A stretch of 64,000 bases of DNA, taken from the NCBI GenBank assembly GCA_963803805.1, contig CAWDOD010000002.1, positions 1,120,001-1,184,000 of the forward strand, given 5' to 3'. Position numbers and translations under genes: made by a program. The notes beneath the pieces were generated by a model. That model searched no databases and had not been told where the DNA came from. It saw nothing but the letters and a program-made list of their open reading frames with translations. Positions within the stretch are counted from its first letter, which is position 1. Each line of letters opens with the position of its first letter. This stretch comes from an uncultured cyanobacterium (GTDB lineage: Bacteria; Cyanobacteriota; Cyanobacteriia; Cyanobacteriales; CAWCAG01). Shown here piece by piece: positions 19,372 through 29,537 of this stretch.

Positions 19372-21102
19372 TCAATGATCATTGATAATTGAAACAGGAA
19401 TTTCAATAATAAACTCAGAACCCTTGCCAGGAGTAGAAATACACCAAAGTTGTCCGCCGTGTTTTTCGACAATAATTTGATGGGAAATTGACAATCCTAA
19501 ACCTGTGCCTTTACCAACAGATTTGGTTGTAAAGAAAGGATCAAAAAGGCGAGAATGAACTTCTTCTGTCATTCCTGGGCCATTATCAGCAATTCTGACT
19601 ACCACTCGGTTATCTTCTTTAACTTCTGTACGGATCACAACTTGAGGCCGAAAGCAAGAATTAACGTTTTGTTGTTGTTCATGGAACTCTTTTAAAGCAT
19701 CAACAGCATTAGCTATGATGTTCATAAATACTTGGTTGATTTGTCCAGGATGGCATTTGATGCGGGGTAAACTAGTGTAGTCTTTGATTACTTGAATACC
19801 AGGGAAACTCGATTTTGCTTTGAGTTTATTGCCGAGAATCATTAAAGTATTGTTGATACCTTCGTGCAAGTCGGCGTATTTTTTTCCCTTCTCATCTAAA
19901 CGGGAGAAATTCTTTAGCGATCGCACAATTTCACAAATTCTTTCTGTACCTACTTGCATCGAAGCAAGCAATTTTGGTAAATCTTCTTGGAGAAATTCTA
20001 AATCAATATCTTCGGCTTTCTCTTCTATTTCCGGAATTGGTTCAGTTACTTTATCTTGATACAGTTGCACCAATTTGAGGAGTTCTTCTGTATACTCCCT
20101 CGCATGGCTTAAGTTACCGTGAATAAAGCTAATGGGGTTATTTATTTCATGGGCAACCCCAGCAACCATTTGCCCTAAGCCAGACATCTTTTCTGTTTGA
20201 ATTAGTTGCGATTGAGTATGCTGTAGTTTATCTAGGGTTTTCTGAAGGTTCAAAGCTTGGGACTCTGCTTTAGCTGCAAACTTCTGTGATTCTTTACTCC
20301 GACGGGAAAGCTGAATAAAATGATTAAGGGAAGTACGCGAAGCAACCATACCAGCAATAACTGCTGAGAGTAAAATACTAATAATAATAATTTGTTTGCC
20401 TACTACTTGAGATGCTTGGTTATTGAGTTCTTCTTGTTTAACTTTTTCCCTGGCTTTTTGGAGTATAGTTACTAATTCTTGGTTAAGCTGATCAAGGTTT
20501 GAGAGTTGTTTCTCAGCCTTATCAAAGTTTTCTGAATTTTGCAGGGCAGAGTTGATTTCTTGGGAGTATAAATTTATTTGAATAGTATAATTTCGCAGCA
20601 AATCCCGCAATACATTGGGTTTTTCTACTAGAACCAAGGGACGGCTAGTTACAAACTTATCTAGCTTACTACGAGCATTGTTAACTCGTCTAACATTTCC
20701 GGCTAAATTAATCTCTTTGTTATTAGGTTCTTCTGAATTGTCTACAAAAGAAATTAAGCGGTAGCTATTAAATTGAGTTTCTTCTACACTGAATTTGAAC
20801 TCTTCTAATAGTTCACTTTGTTCCCTGGCATTAGCTAACCTTTTAACCCCTTGGTCTTGCTGATAATCAGCAATAAGTAAACCAATTAAAGGGCCAAAAA
20901 AACCAATTCCTATAGACCAAAAATAACCATAGCTAGACTTTTCCGGAAGCCTCCAAGTCCTACCTTTAAGCTGCCACCCTAGCTCCGCTTCAACTACTTC
21001 TCCCTCTGGAGATGGAGAAGTAGTTGAATTGGAATCTTGAGTTAACAAAACCGTATCATTAGCTACTGTTTTTGGTGCATTTATAAGCTTATGGAGTACC
21101 AT
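19372..21102 (-). CDS. Membrane sensor histidine kinase
   Basis: Two TM segments; H-box GVAHEINNP; N-box QVFMNIIANA; DNGPG; FDPFFTTK; GTGLGL. Confidence 0.93.
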   Translation of the reverse strand: MVLHKLINAPKTVANDTVLLTQDSNSTTSPSPEGEVVEAELGWQLKGRTWRLPEKSSYGYFWSIGIGFFGPLIGLLIADYQQDQGVKRLANAREQSELLEEFKFSVEETQFNSYRLISFVDNSEEPNNKEINLAGNVRRVNNARSKLDKFVTSRPLVLVEKPNVLRDLLRNYTIQINLYSQEINSALQNSENFDKAEKQLSNLDQLNQELVTILQKAREKVKQEELNNQASQVVGKQIIIISILLSAVIAGMVASRTSLNHFIQLSRRSKESQKFAAKAESQALNLQKTLDKLQHTQSQLIQTEKMSGLGQMVAGVAHEINNPISFIHGNLSHAREYTEELLKLVQLYQDKVTEPIPEIEEKAEDIDLEFLQEDLPKLLASMQVGTERICEIVRSLKNFSRLDEKGKKYADLHEGINNTLMILGNKLKAKSSFPGIQVIKDYTSLPRIKCHPGQINQVFMNIIANAVDALKEFHEQQQNVNSCFRPQVVIRTEVKEDNRVVVRIADNGPGMTEEVHSRLFDPFFTTKSVGKGTGLGLSISHQIIVEKHGGQLWCISTPGKGSEFIIEIPVSIINDH

Positions 21103-21244
21103 TTGTTTAAGCTCCGAATTTGAGGAAAAAGGTATAAAACTTTGGGACTAAAGATAAGCTGCACCACCAATTCTTAATAAGTATAAATCCTGTTTAGGAT
21201 GAATTCACAGATTTTCTCAAAAATTCTAACAAAAACTAATATTT

Positions 21245-21741
21245 CTACTCTAAGCCATTGGGGGTAATTTGCTCATAATATTCAAAAGGTTGATGAATCC
21301 AAGGATTATCAGATAAATAATTGACGCAGTAATCAGGGACAAAAATAGAGCAAGCTTTATGCCAAAGAACTGCTGTACGAATTTCTTCTATATCGTTAGA
21401 ATGATTTTTTTTAACCAGTTAACTGCTTCAGCAAGACTTTGGCCAGAGTCCACTAAATCATCTACCAATAGCACTTTGCTGCCCACCGAAGAGGTTGTCA
21501 TTGCTAAATGCTCAGAGAAAGTTAATGGGCCACGAATTTTACCGTCACAACCGCTGTAGGAGGAACCTGAAAGGATAGCTAAGGGTTTTTCATAAATACG
21601 AGACAGAAGATCCCCAACCCGTAACCCTCCCCTGGCAATACAAACAATTTGCTCAAAATCCCAGAGATCGCGATAAATTTTAACAGCTAAGGTTTCAATT
21701 AGGTTATGGTACTCTGACCATGACACATAAAGGTCTGACAT
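21245..21741 (-). CDS. Type I phosphoribosyltransferase (purine PRT-like), frameshifted at an A8 run near 21405
   Basis: IARGGL and the PRPP motif VLLVDDLVDSG. One more A continues the frame as IRTAVLWHKACS..PDY..NPWIHQPFE to TAG at 21245. Confidence 0.85.
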
Positions 21742-21745
21742 ATTA

Positions 21746-21788
21746 ATCAGTTATCAGTTATCAATGATCAATGATCATTGATTAGTTA
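21746..21788. repeat. Heptamer tandem repeats (STRR-like, ATCAGTT/ATCAATG)
   Basis: atcagtt atcagtt atcaatg atcaatg atcattg attagtt, between divergent genes. Confidence 0.8.
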
Positions 21789-21806
21789 TTAATAATCAAC
21801 AATATA

Positions 21807-23207
21807 ATGACTGCGAAAAATAAATTAAGTTTTATCAACAAAGTTGCTTACGGGGTGGGGGATCTTGGGGCTGGGGTTACTTCAACCTTAATCGTTTTTT
21901 CTTTACTGATTTTTCTTACCGATGTTGCTGGCTTAAGACCAGAATTAGCGGCGACAGTTCTTTTGATTGGTAAAATTTGGGATGCTTTGATGGACCCGAT
22001 AGTAGGAATATTAAGCGATCGCACTCGTCTTCGTTGGGGCCGTCGCCATTCTTGGATGCTTTTGGGTGCGCTACCTTTGGGTCTTTCTTTCTTCCTTTAT
22101 TGGATTGTACCTGATTTTAGTAGCGATCCTGATACTAATCAGTGGCTTTTGTTTGGCTATTACGTTGTGGTTGGCCTCTTATTTAATACAGCTTTCACCT
22201 GCGTTAATATCCCTTATTCTGCCCTGACTCCAGAGTTAACAGATGATTATGATGAACGGACAAGTTTAAATAGTTTTCGCTTTGTCTTTTCCATTAGTGG
22301 TAGTCTTTTTGCTTTAGCTTTTGGACAGTTGATTTTTCAAATTATTCCTGACCCTCAACAAAGATTTCTGATTTTAGCCTCTGTCTGCGCTTGTTTAGCG
22401 ATCATTCCTACTTATTTATGTGTTTGGGGAACAACAGACCCTTCAGTAGAACGTAATCAAAATCCGCAAGCAACTTCTACTGAAGCTATATCTTTACCAG
22501 AACAATTAAAAATCGTTTTTAGCAACCGTCCTTTTCTGTTTGTAATTGGTATTTATCTCTGTTCTTGGTTAGCTTTTCAATTAACCGCTGCCACTATTTC
22601 TTATTATCTAATTTATTGGATGGGGCAAGACTCCTTTTTCATTGCGGCTTTGGTGGTACAAGTTGTTGCCCTAATTATGTTGCTGGTTTGGACTGAAGTT
22701 AGTAAAAAAGTTGGTCGTCGGGCAGTTTATTTTATGGGAATGAGTCTTTGGATTGTGGCTCAAGGGGCGCTTTTCTTCTTACCTAGAGATCAAATTGGTT
22801 TAATGTATTTCCTGTTTGTCTTAGCGGGCTTTGGTATTGCTACTGTTTATTTAGTTCCTTGGTCGATGTTACCTGATGTAACTGACTTAGATGAATATCG
22901 TAGCGGTAAAAGAAGGGAAGGTATTTTTTATGCTTTTATGATTTTGCTACAAAAAATTGGTTTAGCTTTAGGTATTTGGCTGGTTGGGCAAGGTTTATCT
23001 TTTGCGGGTTACATTAAACCCCAAGGAGGAAAAGAAGTATTAGAACAACCAGAATCTGCTTTATTGGTAATTCGCCTTTTTGTCGGTCCTTTACCAACAA
23101 TTTTCCTGATTGGTGGCTTAATTCTCGCCTATTTTTATCCCCTTACTAAAGAAGTTCATGCTGATATTATGCTGCAATTAAAAGAAAGAAGAAATTCAAA
23201 CATTTAG
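21807..23207 (+). CDS. GPH (MelB-like) sugar:cation symporter
   Basis: AYGVGDLG, IWDALMDPIVGILSDRT..WGRR and YSALTPELT..ERT. Confidence 0.92.
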   Translation: MTAKNKLSFINKVAYGVGDLGAGVTSTLIVFSLLIFLTDVAGLRPELAATVLLIGKIWDALMDPIVGILSDRTRLRWGRRHSWMLLGALPLGLSFFLYWIVPDFSSDPDTNQWLLFGYYVVVGLLFNTAFTCVNIPYSALTPELTDDYDERTSLNSFRFVFSISGSLFALAFGQLIFQIIPDPQQRFLILASVCACLAIIPTYLCVWGTTDPSVERNQNPQATSTEAISLPEQLKIVFSNRPFLFVIGIYLCSWLAFQLTAATISYYLIYWMGQDSFFIAALVVQVVALIMLLVWTEVSKKVGRRAVYFMGMSLWIVAQGALFFLPRDQIGLMYFLFVLAGFGIATVYLVPWSMLPDVTDLDEYRSGKRREGIFYAFMILLQKIGLALGIWLVGQGLSFAGYIKPQGGKEVLEQPESALLVIRLFVGPLPTIFLIGGLILAYFYPLTKEVHADIMLQLKERRNSNI

Positions 23208-23243
23208 GTATAAGAAAATATTTATATAATAATCATTGATAAT

Positions 23244-23879
23244 TTACCTCACTAAGGTGACATTAAGTTTATAACCTTCAAAATTTCCATCAAAATCCTC
23301 TAAAGTTACTGGATTTAATTCAGGGCCAATCCACAAATAACTGCTTACTTCACCCTCAGTAACAGTTGCTCTATATTCGCCATATTTTTTAGCTACTTCT
23401 TGAGCCATTTCTGCAAAAGAAAGTTCGGCTTTTAAATCAGGCTCAAAAACTAGTAGAATCGACTGAAGATGTTTGGGTTCCCCAGCACTATTTTTAGCAA
23501 AATAAAGCTCGTAGCTTTGTAATCCCGGTACATCCTGAACCTTGACTTGACTGAATCCAAATTCAGAGACTTTCTCTGCCCCTGGTAAAACTTTACTCAC
23601 TTCTTCTGGGTTCATACCTCTTTTTAAATCCTTTTGCGCAATTACTTTAGGAAGCCAACTATCTTGTTTTGTTCCTAAAATTGCAGCAATTTTATTTTCA
23701 GTACTTTCAGGATTAAAAGCAGGATTTGCTTCTGTCGATGCTGTGAACTCACCAGAAATATTTTCTTGTTTTTGTTTTTCTACTGATCTACTACTACTTA
23801 GGGGTTCAGAGTGGCTACAACTGTTAAGTATTAGAAATGAAGCTATTAACAGGAAAGCACAAGATTTTTTATGGTTCAT
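23244..23879 (-). CDS. Hypothetical lipoprotein
   Basis: Basic N-terminus, hydrophobic stretch and LNSC lipobox-like motif. No recognised domain. Confidence 0.65.
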   Translation of the reverse strand: MNHKKSCAFLLIASFLILNSCSHSEPLSSSRSVEKQKQENISGEFTASTEANPAFNPESTENKIAAILGTKQDSWLPKVIAQKDLKRGMNPEEVSKVLPGAEKVSEFGFSQVKVQDVPGLQSYELYFAKNSAGEPKHLQSILLVFEPDLKAELSFAEMAQEVAKKYGEYRATVTEGEVSSYLWIGPELNPVTLEDFDGNFEGYKLNVTLVR

Positions 23880-24051
23880 TGTCAAGGTTCACTCTCTATT
23901 AGTTAAGTACTACTATCGAAACTATACAAAGTAGTCAGGTTAGATTCCTGAAAATTGCAGAGATCTTAACTTACAGTTATAGAGTATGGGTCAAAATCTT
24001 AATTTCTAATTTTTAATTAATGCTGTTTCCTGTTGCCTTTTCTCTTTTATA

Positions 24052-25767
24052 CTAAAACAACCGGTAATTAATACTAAAATAAATCCCATTTTCTTGTAAG
24101 CTATCGCCACTAGTATTCAAGTCTATTAAAGGAATTCCCCAATCTAATTGAGCATTTAAACGATCTCCTATCCCCAAACGTAAACCCAAACCAACAGAAG
24201 TTAAGGTACTAGTTTCTAAGCTACTGACAGAATTTTTATTGTTCCAAACAGTACCAAAGTCCATAAAAGGTGCTAATTGTAAATTAGTTTCCCAGCTAGG
24301 AATGCGGAGAATAGGAAAGCGTAATTCCGCAGAAGCAAATAAGCCATTATCTGCTAATAAACTATCTTGACGATAGCCCCTTACTGTGGCTGCCCCGCCA
24401 ATACTAAATTGCTCTAAGGATACTAAAGATTGCTTAGCTAGTTGTAAATCTCCCCGTAAAAGTAAGATGACATCTGGGGTTAATAAGCGCAAATATTGTG
24501 CTTGTCCTCGCCAAGAAAAGAAAGTACTATCGGGAGAATTTTGGTTAATAGTAGAATTTAATAATCCGACACCCAAATTAAACTGCGATCGCACAGCAAG
24601 TACTTCTTGGCTACTTCTGGCTGTATATTCTTGAAACAAACGTATTGCAGAGATTTTTAATTCCCCATTATTATCTGCCCCTTCGGTAAGGGGAAAAGGG
24701 ATATCTAAAAGAGTGGTAGCAGATTCTTGCCGAGAAGCCGTTACACCGACAGCAAATTCTTCTGTGGGAGTTTGTTTAACAGGTTGGCGATAAGTTAATT
24801 CGTAATTCAGGGATTTGGATTGAATATCGAGGATATTAAAAGGTTCTTCAATAATATTGGTACGGGTACGACTATGGCGGAAACCGATAGTACCATTGCC
24901 GGGGTTGATGGGAAAGATATAATTAAAATCGTCTAAAGCATTGCTACCATCAGTGTTTGTATAACCAACCCTTAAAGTATCTCCGTAACCCAAAAGATTA
25001 TTGTGACTAGCTTCTAGACGACGGCGGAATGTTCCCACACTAGGCGATCGCTGATTATCTAAAGTTAATTGACTAGAAAAACCGTCATTCTCTTTAATTG
25101 TCACAATTAAGATACTTACCCCAGGGCGAGAACCTGCTGCTAATTCCACTGCCAAAGTAGCTATTCTCGGATCAAGTTGTAGGAGTTGTAGAGCTTCAAA
25201 CAGGCGGTTTTGATTTAAAGGAGTTTGGCTACCAACTTCGATGCGACTGCGAATGTAACTAGGTTTAAGCCTTTGTAACCCTTCAATAATAACTTCGTCT
25301 ACTCTCCCTTCAATGACTTGAATCTTAACTACTCCCTTGGTTAATTCTTGGGGGGGGATAAAAGCTCCGGAGGTGATGTATCCTTTATCAAAGTAGTATT
25401 GAGTGATTTTATCTTGAGTACGGAGAAGTTCAGCAAAGGAAATGGGTTCTGTCGTAAACTCTTTTAATAATTCATTAAATTCCTCTTGGCTAAAAACGCT
25501 ACTACCAATCACCTCGAAGCGTTGAACTTGAATTTCTCCTGGTATATCTTCTGGAGTAGGTAAGTTGGGGGTTTGAGGATTTTGATTGGGTTGCAATAAT
25601 TGCTCTGGTGGGGGTAGTAACTCCGAATCAGGAGACTCAGGAGACTCAGGAAGAATAGGTTCAGGAGTATTGGGAGGAACTGAAGGCGTTTGGGCTACTA
25701 CGGGGGCAGTTAAAAGTAGTAGAGAAATAGCATAAATTAAAGATGATATGGTTGGGGTGGGCGACAT
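24052..25767 (-). CDS. ShlB/FhaC/HecB (TpsB, Omp85 superfamily) outer-membrane protein
   Basis: Signal peptide, Pro-rich linker, POTRA (YFDKGYITS), VRGY motif and C-terminal Phe. Confidence 0.92.
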   Translation of the reverse strand: MSPTPTISSLIYAISLLLLTAPVVAQTPSVPPNTPEPILPESPESPDSELLPPPEQLLQPNQNPQTPNLPTPEDIPGEIQVQRFEVIGSSVFSQEEFNELLKEFTTEPISFAELLRTQDKITQYYFDKGYITSGAFIPPQELTKGVVKIQVIEGRVDEVIIEGLQRLKPSYIRSRIEVGSQTPLNQNRLFEALQLLQLDPRIATLAVELAAGSRPGVSILIVTIKENDGFSSQLTLDNQRSPSVGTFRRRLEASHNNLLGYGDTLRVGYTNTDGSNALDDFNYIFPINPGNGTIGFRHSRTRTNIIEEPFNILDIQSKSLNYELTYRQPVKQTPTEEFAVGVTASRQESATTLLDIPFPLTEGADNNGELKISAIRLFQEYTARSSQEVLAVRSQFNLGVGLLNSTINQNSPDSTFFSWRGQAQYLRLLTPDVILLLRGDLQLAKQSLVSLEQFSIGGAATVRGYRQDSLLADNGLFASAELRFPILRIPSWETNLQLAPFMDFGTVWNNKNSVSSLETSTLTSVGLGLRLGIGDRLNAQLDWGIPLIDLNTSGDSLQENGIYFSINYRLF

Positions 25768-25960
25768 TAGCGAATAAGTCTCAAAATAATACGAATAAGT
25801 ACTACAAAGTTGCTCTACTTTTCCTCGTAATAACCATCAGGAATCAAATTTTACCCTCTCCAAGTCCCTCTTTGTACTTGCCAACTCATAATGAATATGA
25901 GTAACATAAGGTAGTGCAAACTCATAATGACTACACTTTTTATTAAGGAAAAAATTCCAT

Positions 25961-26689
25961 ATGCTATCTAACTCAGAAGGAAAAAAAGTTCCTAATACCA
26001 CCTTCAGAACTCGCCAAAATAATGAGTGGGTTGATATCACCAGTGACGAACTATTTAAAGGAAAAACCGTGATCGTTTTCTCTTTGCCTGGTGCTTTTAC
26101 TCCTACCTGTTCTTCTGCACACTTACCAGGTTATAACAGTTTAGCACCAGTGTTTAAAGAGAATGGCGTTGATGACATTATTTGTATGTCTGTTAACGAC
26201 ACCTTCGTTATGAACGAATGGGCTAAAGATCAAGAAGCGGATAATATCACCCTGATTCCTGATGGCAACGGAGAATTCACCGAAGGAATGGGAATGTTGG
26301 TAGACAAAGCAGACTTAGGCTTTGGCAAGCGTTCTTGGCGTTACTCTATGTTAGTTAAAGATGGGGTAGTAGAAAAAATGTTTATTGAACCAGAGGTTCC
26401 CGGTGATCCTTTTGAAGTTTCTGATGCAGAAACCATGCTCAATTATATTAACCCCGAAGCTATTAAACCCCAACTAGTCTCTTTGTTTACAAAAATAGGT
26501 TGCCCTTTCTGTGCCAAAGCCAAGGCAATGTTAAAAGAACATGGTATGAGTTATGAAGAAATTATTGTTGGGCAAGATGCTTCGATGCAATCTTTACAAG
26601 CTGTAACTGGTGCAACCACAGTTCCCCAAGTCTTTATTGAAGGGAAATTGATCGGTGGCTCTGAAGCTTTAGAAGAGTATTTTGCTTAG
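25961..26689 (+). CDS. Hybrid type II peroxiredoxin-glutaredoxin
   Basis: Peroxidatic PGAFTPTCS motif, plus a C-terminal glutaredoxin domain with CPFC and TVPQVFI. Confidence 0.95.
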   Translation: MLSNSEGKKVPNTTFRTRQNNEWVDITSDELFKGKTVIVFSLPGAFTPTCSSAHLPGYNSLAPVFKENGVDDIICMSVNDTFVMNEWAKDQEADNITLIPDGNGEFTEGMGMLVDKADLGFGKRSWRYSMLVKDGVVEKMFIEPEVPGDPFEVSDAETMLNYINPEAIKPQLVSLFTKIGCPFCAKAKAMLKEHGMSYEEIIVGQDASMQSLQAVTGATTVPQVFIEGKLIGGSEALEEYFA

Positions 26690-26742
26690 AAGATTTTATA
26701 CTAATTCTCTTTAGTTATAACAACAGAGACAATTATTTAGGT

Positions 26743-26792
26743 AAGGGAAAAGGTTAAGGCTGCTGACAAAATTGCCTTTAACCTTTTCCCTT
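26743..26792. terminator. Long hairpin between convergent Prx-Grx and radA
   Basis: AAGGGAAAAGGTTAAGGC-N13-GCCTTTAACCTTTTCCCTT. Confidence 0.65.
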
Positions 26793-26854
26793 TGACAAAG
26801 CTTCTACTTAGAGAACTCCAATAAATAAAATATCCTCACCAAGTCTAAGATTTG

Positions 26855-26885
26855 AGCAACTAGCAACTAGCAACTAGCCATTAGC
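26855..26885. repeat. Heptamer tandem repeat (AGCAACT)n
   Basis: agcaact x3 followed by degenerate units. The same unit occurs near 15263 and, inverted, near 19297. Confidence 0.8.
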
Positions 26886-26928
26886 TTATCGCTTTTGGAT
26901 AAGTCTTTTCTTGACTCTCTCTAAATAA

Positions 26929-28455
26929 TTAATTTTCTTCATCTTCGTCCATACTGAAACTTTCCCTACCACCACCAAAATTAGCTTGGGGAGGAATAGC
27001 CGCAACGATCGCATCAATAACTTTAGACACAGGAATAATTTCTAAACCCAGATCCGTGGGATAGGTTTGCCCGTAGGGAACAATGGCGCGGCGAAAACCC
27101 AACTTAGCAGCTTCTTTAAGCCTGAGTTCCATTTGTCCTACTAACCTTACCTGCCCCCCCAAACCCACCTCCCCAATCAAAACTGTGCGAGTATCAACAA
27201 TGCGATCGCGGAAACTAGCAACCACTGCAATAGCTACCCCCAAATCTGCTGCTGGTTCGGCTACTCCTAAACCTCCTGCTGAGGCTACATAGGCATCAAG
27301 TTTAGAAAGGGGAATACCAACTCTTTTTTCCAAAACAGCGAGGATCTGTTGCAAACGACTGTAATCAACCCCTGTAGTAGAACGACGGGGAGAGGCATAA
27401 CTTGTAGGGCTAACCAAAGCTTGTAGTTCCACCATCAAAGAACGGGTTCCTTCACAAGCTACTACCGTAGCTGAACCGGGAGAAGCTTCTTCCCTATTCC
27501 CTAAAAATAACTCCGAAGGATTAGACACCTCTGCTAAGCCATTTTCTACCATCTCAAAGATACCAATCTCATGGGTAGAACCAAAACGATTTTTCACCGA
27601 ACGCAAAAGACGATGAGAAGCATAGCGATCGCCTTCAAAATAGAGTACTGTATCTACCAAGTGTTCCAACACCCTTGGTCCGGCGATCGCCCCTTCTTTG
27701 GTAACATGACCCACAATTAATAAAGTAATATTTTCCCGCTTAGCAACTTGCATCAAAGCCGAAGTACATTCCCGTACCTGTGCCACACTACCAGGAGCAG
27801 AAGTCAGGGAAGCAAAATAAAGAGTTTGAATACTATCAATAACTGCCACTATGGGTTTAAGGGATTCCAGTTCCCTCAAGATTTCTTCTAAATCTGTTTC
27901 TGGTAATACATAAAGGTCAGGTTCTGTATTTTTCCTTTTTGCCCTAGAAGATTTACCATTAGATTGCCCTGGGTTAGGTAGAAATTCTTCACCAGTCCAC
28001 AAACGGGCTGCCCGAAGTTTTACCTGTTGCCCTGACTCTTCTGCTGAAACATAGAGAACACGATGCTTTTTTTGGGCTAATTGATGGGCGGTTTGTAATA
28101 GCAAGGTTGATTTACCAATCCCAGGATCACCGCCAATTAAAACTAAAGAACCTGGTACAACACCTCCCCCTAACACTCGGTTAAATTCTTCGTAACCAGA
28201 ATCAATTCTCTGTTGAACATCAGAAGAAATATCGGAAAACTTTACTGAAGCACGGGGTTGTGCTGCACCTTGGGTTTTGGTATTTTGATGGGTACGAGAC
28301 TGCCATCCTCCTCGACTCACTTGCAAAGAGTCACTAGGGGCAACTAACTGTTCTTCTAGAGTGCCATAGGTTCCACAGCTTGGACATTTACCAAACCATT
28401 GAGCAGAGTCTGCACCGCATTCACTACAAACATAAACCGTTTTAGCTTTGGGCAT
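26929..28455 (-). CDS. radA: DNA repair protein RadA/Sms
   Basis: CxxC..CxxC zinc finger, GGDPGIGKST, KNRFG motif and Lon-like C-terminus. Confidence 0.97.
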   Translation of the reverse strand: MPKAKTVYVCSECGADSAQWFGKCPSCGTYGTLEEQLVAPSDSLQVSRGGWQSRTHQNTKTQGAAQPRASVKFSDISSDVQQRIDSGYEEFNRVLGGGVVPGSLVLIGGDPGIGKSTLLLQTAHQLAQKKHRVLYVSAEESGQQVKLRAARLWTGEEFLPNPGQSNGKSSRAKRKNTEPDLYVLPETDLEEILRELESLKPIVAVIDSIQTLYFASLTSAPGSVAQVRECTSALMQVAKRENITLLIVGHVTKEGAIAGPRVLEHLVDTVLYFEGDRYASHRLLRSVKNRFGSTHEIGIFEMVENGLAEVSNPSELFLGNREEASPGSATVVACEGTRSLMVELQALVSPTSYASPRRSTTGVDYSRLQQILAVLEKRVGIPLSKLDAYVASAGGLGVAEPAADLGVAIAVVASFRDRIVDTRTVLIGEVGLGGQVRLVGQMELRLKEAAKLGFRRAIVPYGQTYPTDLGLEIIPVSKVIDAIVAAIPPQANFGGGRESFSMDEDEEN

Positions 28456-28684
28456 TTTACGTTTTATTAAAAAATATTAGTAATTGAAAGCAAATCTGCT
28501 TACCAAAGAAATATACAGTCAATCTTAAAAAATCTTTATTTTTAGGCAACCAACTAAGAAATTAAGCTTGAAACCCTACAAGAAAGAGATATTCTATATA
28601 AACTAGGTACTAAAAAACACGCTTGGTACTTAAAAATTAACTTAATGTTTAGTAATCTCTCGCAAGAAAGGAGTATCGAGTTAC

Positions 28685-29413
28685 TTGGAAACCCATAAAG
28701 AAAAAATCCTAGTAGTCGATGACGAGGCTAGTATCAGACGTATCTTAGAAACCCGACTTTCTATGATTGGTTACGATGTCGTTACCGCTGCTGATGGAGA
28801 AGAGGCCCTAGATACTTTCCGTAATGCTGACCCAGACTTAGTTGTTTTGGATGTTATGATGCCTAAGCTTGATGGCTATGGCGTATGTCAGGAGTTACGC
28901 AAAGAATCTGATATACCTATTATTATGCTAACTGCTCTAGGAGATGTTGCAGATAGAATTACTGGTTTAGAGTTGGGGGCAGACGATTATGTTGTTAAGC
29001 CTTTTTCTCCTAAAGAACTAGAAGCAAGAATTCGCTCAGTACTAAGAAGAGTAGAAAAGAATGGTACTCCTGGAATTCCTAGTTCTGGAGTAATTCATGT
29101 TGGTTCAATTAAAATTGATACCAATAAGCGACAAGTCTACAAAGGTGATGAACGCATTCGCTTAACGGGAATGGAGTTCAGTTTGTTGGAATTATTAGTT
29201 AGCCGTTCAGGAGAACCCTTTTCTCGTTCAGAAATTCTCCAAGAAGTTTGGGGTTATACTCCCGAACGTCATGTTGATACTAGAGTTGTTGATGTTCACA
29301 TTTCCCGACTAAGGGCGAAATTAGAAGACGATCCTAGCAATCCAGAATTAATTCTTACCGCTAGGGGAACCGGTTATCTATTTCAAAGAATCTTAGAAGC
29401 CGGGGAAGAATGA
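28685..29413 (+). CDS. rpaB: OmpR-family response regulator RpaB (Ycf27)
   Basis: EKILVVDDEASIRRILETRLSMIGY and WGYTPERHVDTRVVDVHISRLR. TTG start with AGGAG SD; divergent from radA. Confidence 0.96.
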   Translation: METHKEKILVVDDEASIRRILETRLSMIGYDVVTAADGEEALDTFRNADPDLVVLDVMMPKLDGYGVCQELRKESDIPIIMLTALGDVADRITGLELGADDYVVKPFSPKELEARIRSVLRRVEKNGTPGIPSSGVIHVGSIKIDTNKRQVYKGDERIRLTGMEFSLLELLVSRSGEPFSRSEILQEVWGYTPERHVDTRVVDVHISRLRAKLEDDPSNPELILTARGTGYLFQRILEAGEE

Positions 29414-29424
29414 AGAGTAGGGAG

Positions 29425-29484
29425 GTAGGGGCGGGTTCTAGTAAAGTTGTGTAGTTGTAAAAATCTCAATAAACCCGCCCTTAC
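29425..29484. repeat. GTAG-type REP/REPIN-like inverted-repeat element
   Basis: GTAGGGGCGGGTT-N34-AACCCGCCCTTAC. A related copy lies at 49653..49713. Confidence 0.75.
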
Positions 29485-29537
29485 TAAATTATTAGCCATT
29501 GCCTATTGCCTGTAACTGAATAGCAATTAGCAAAGAT

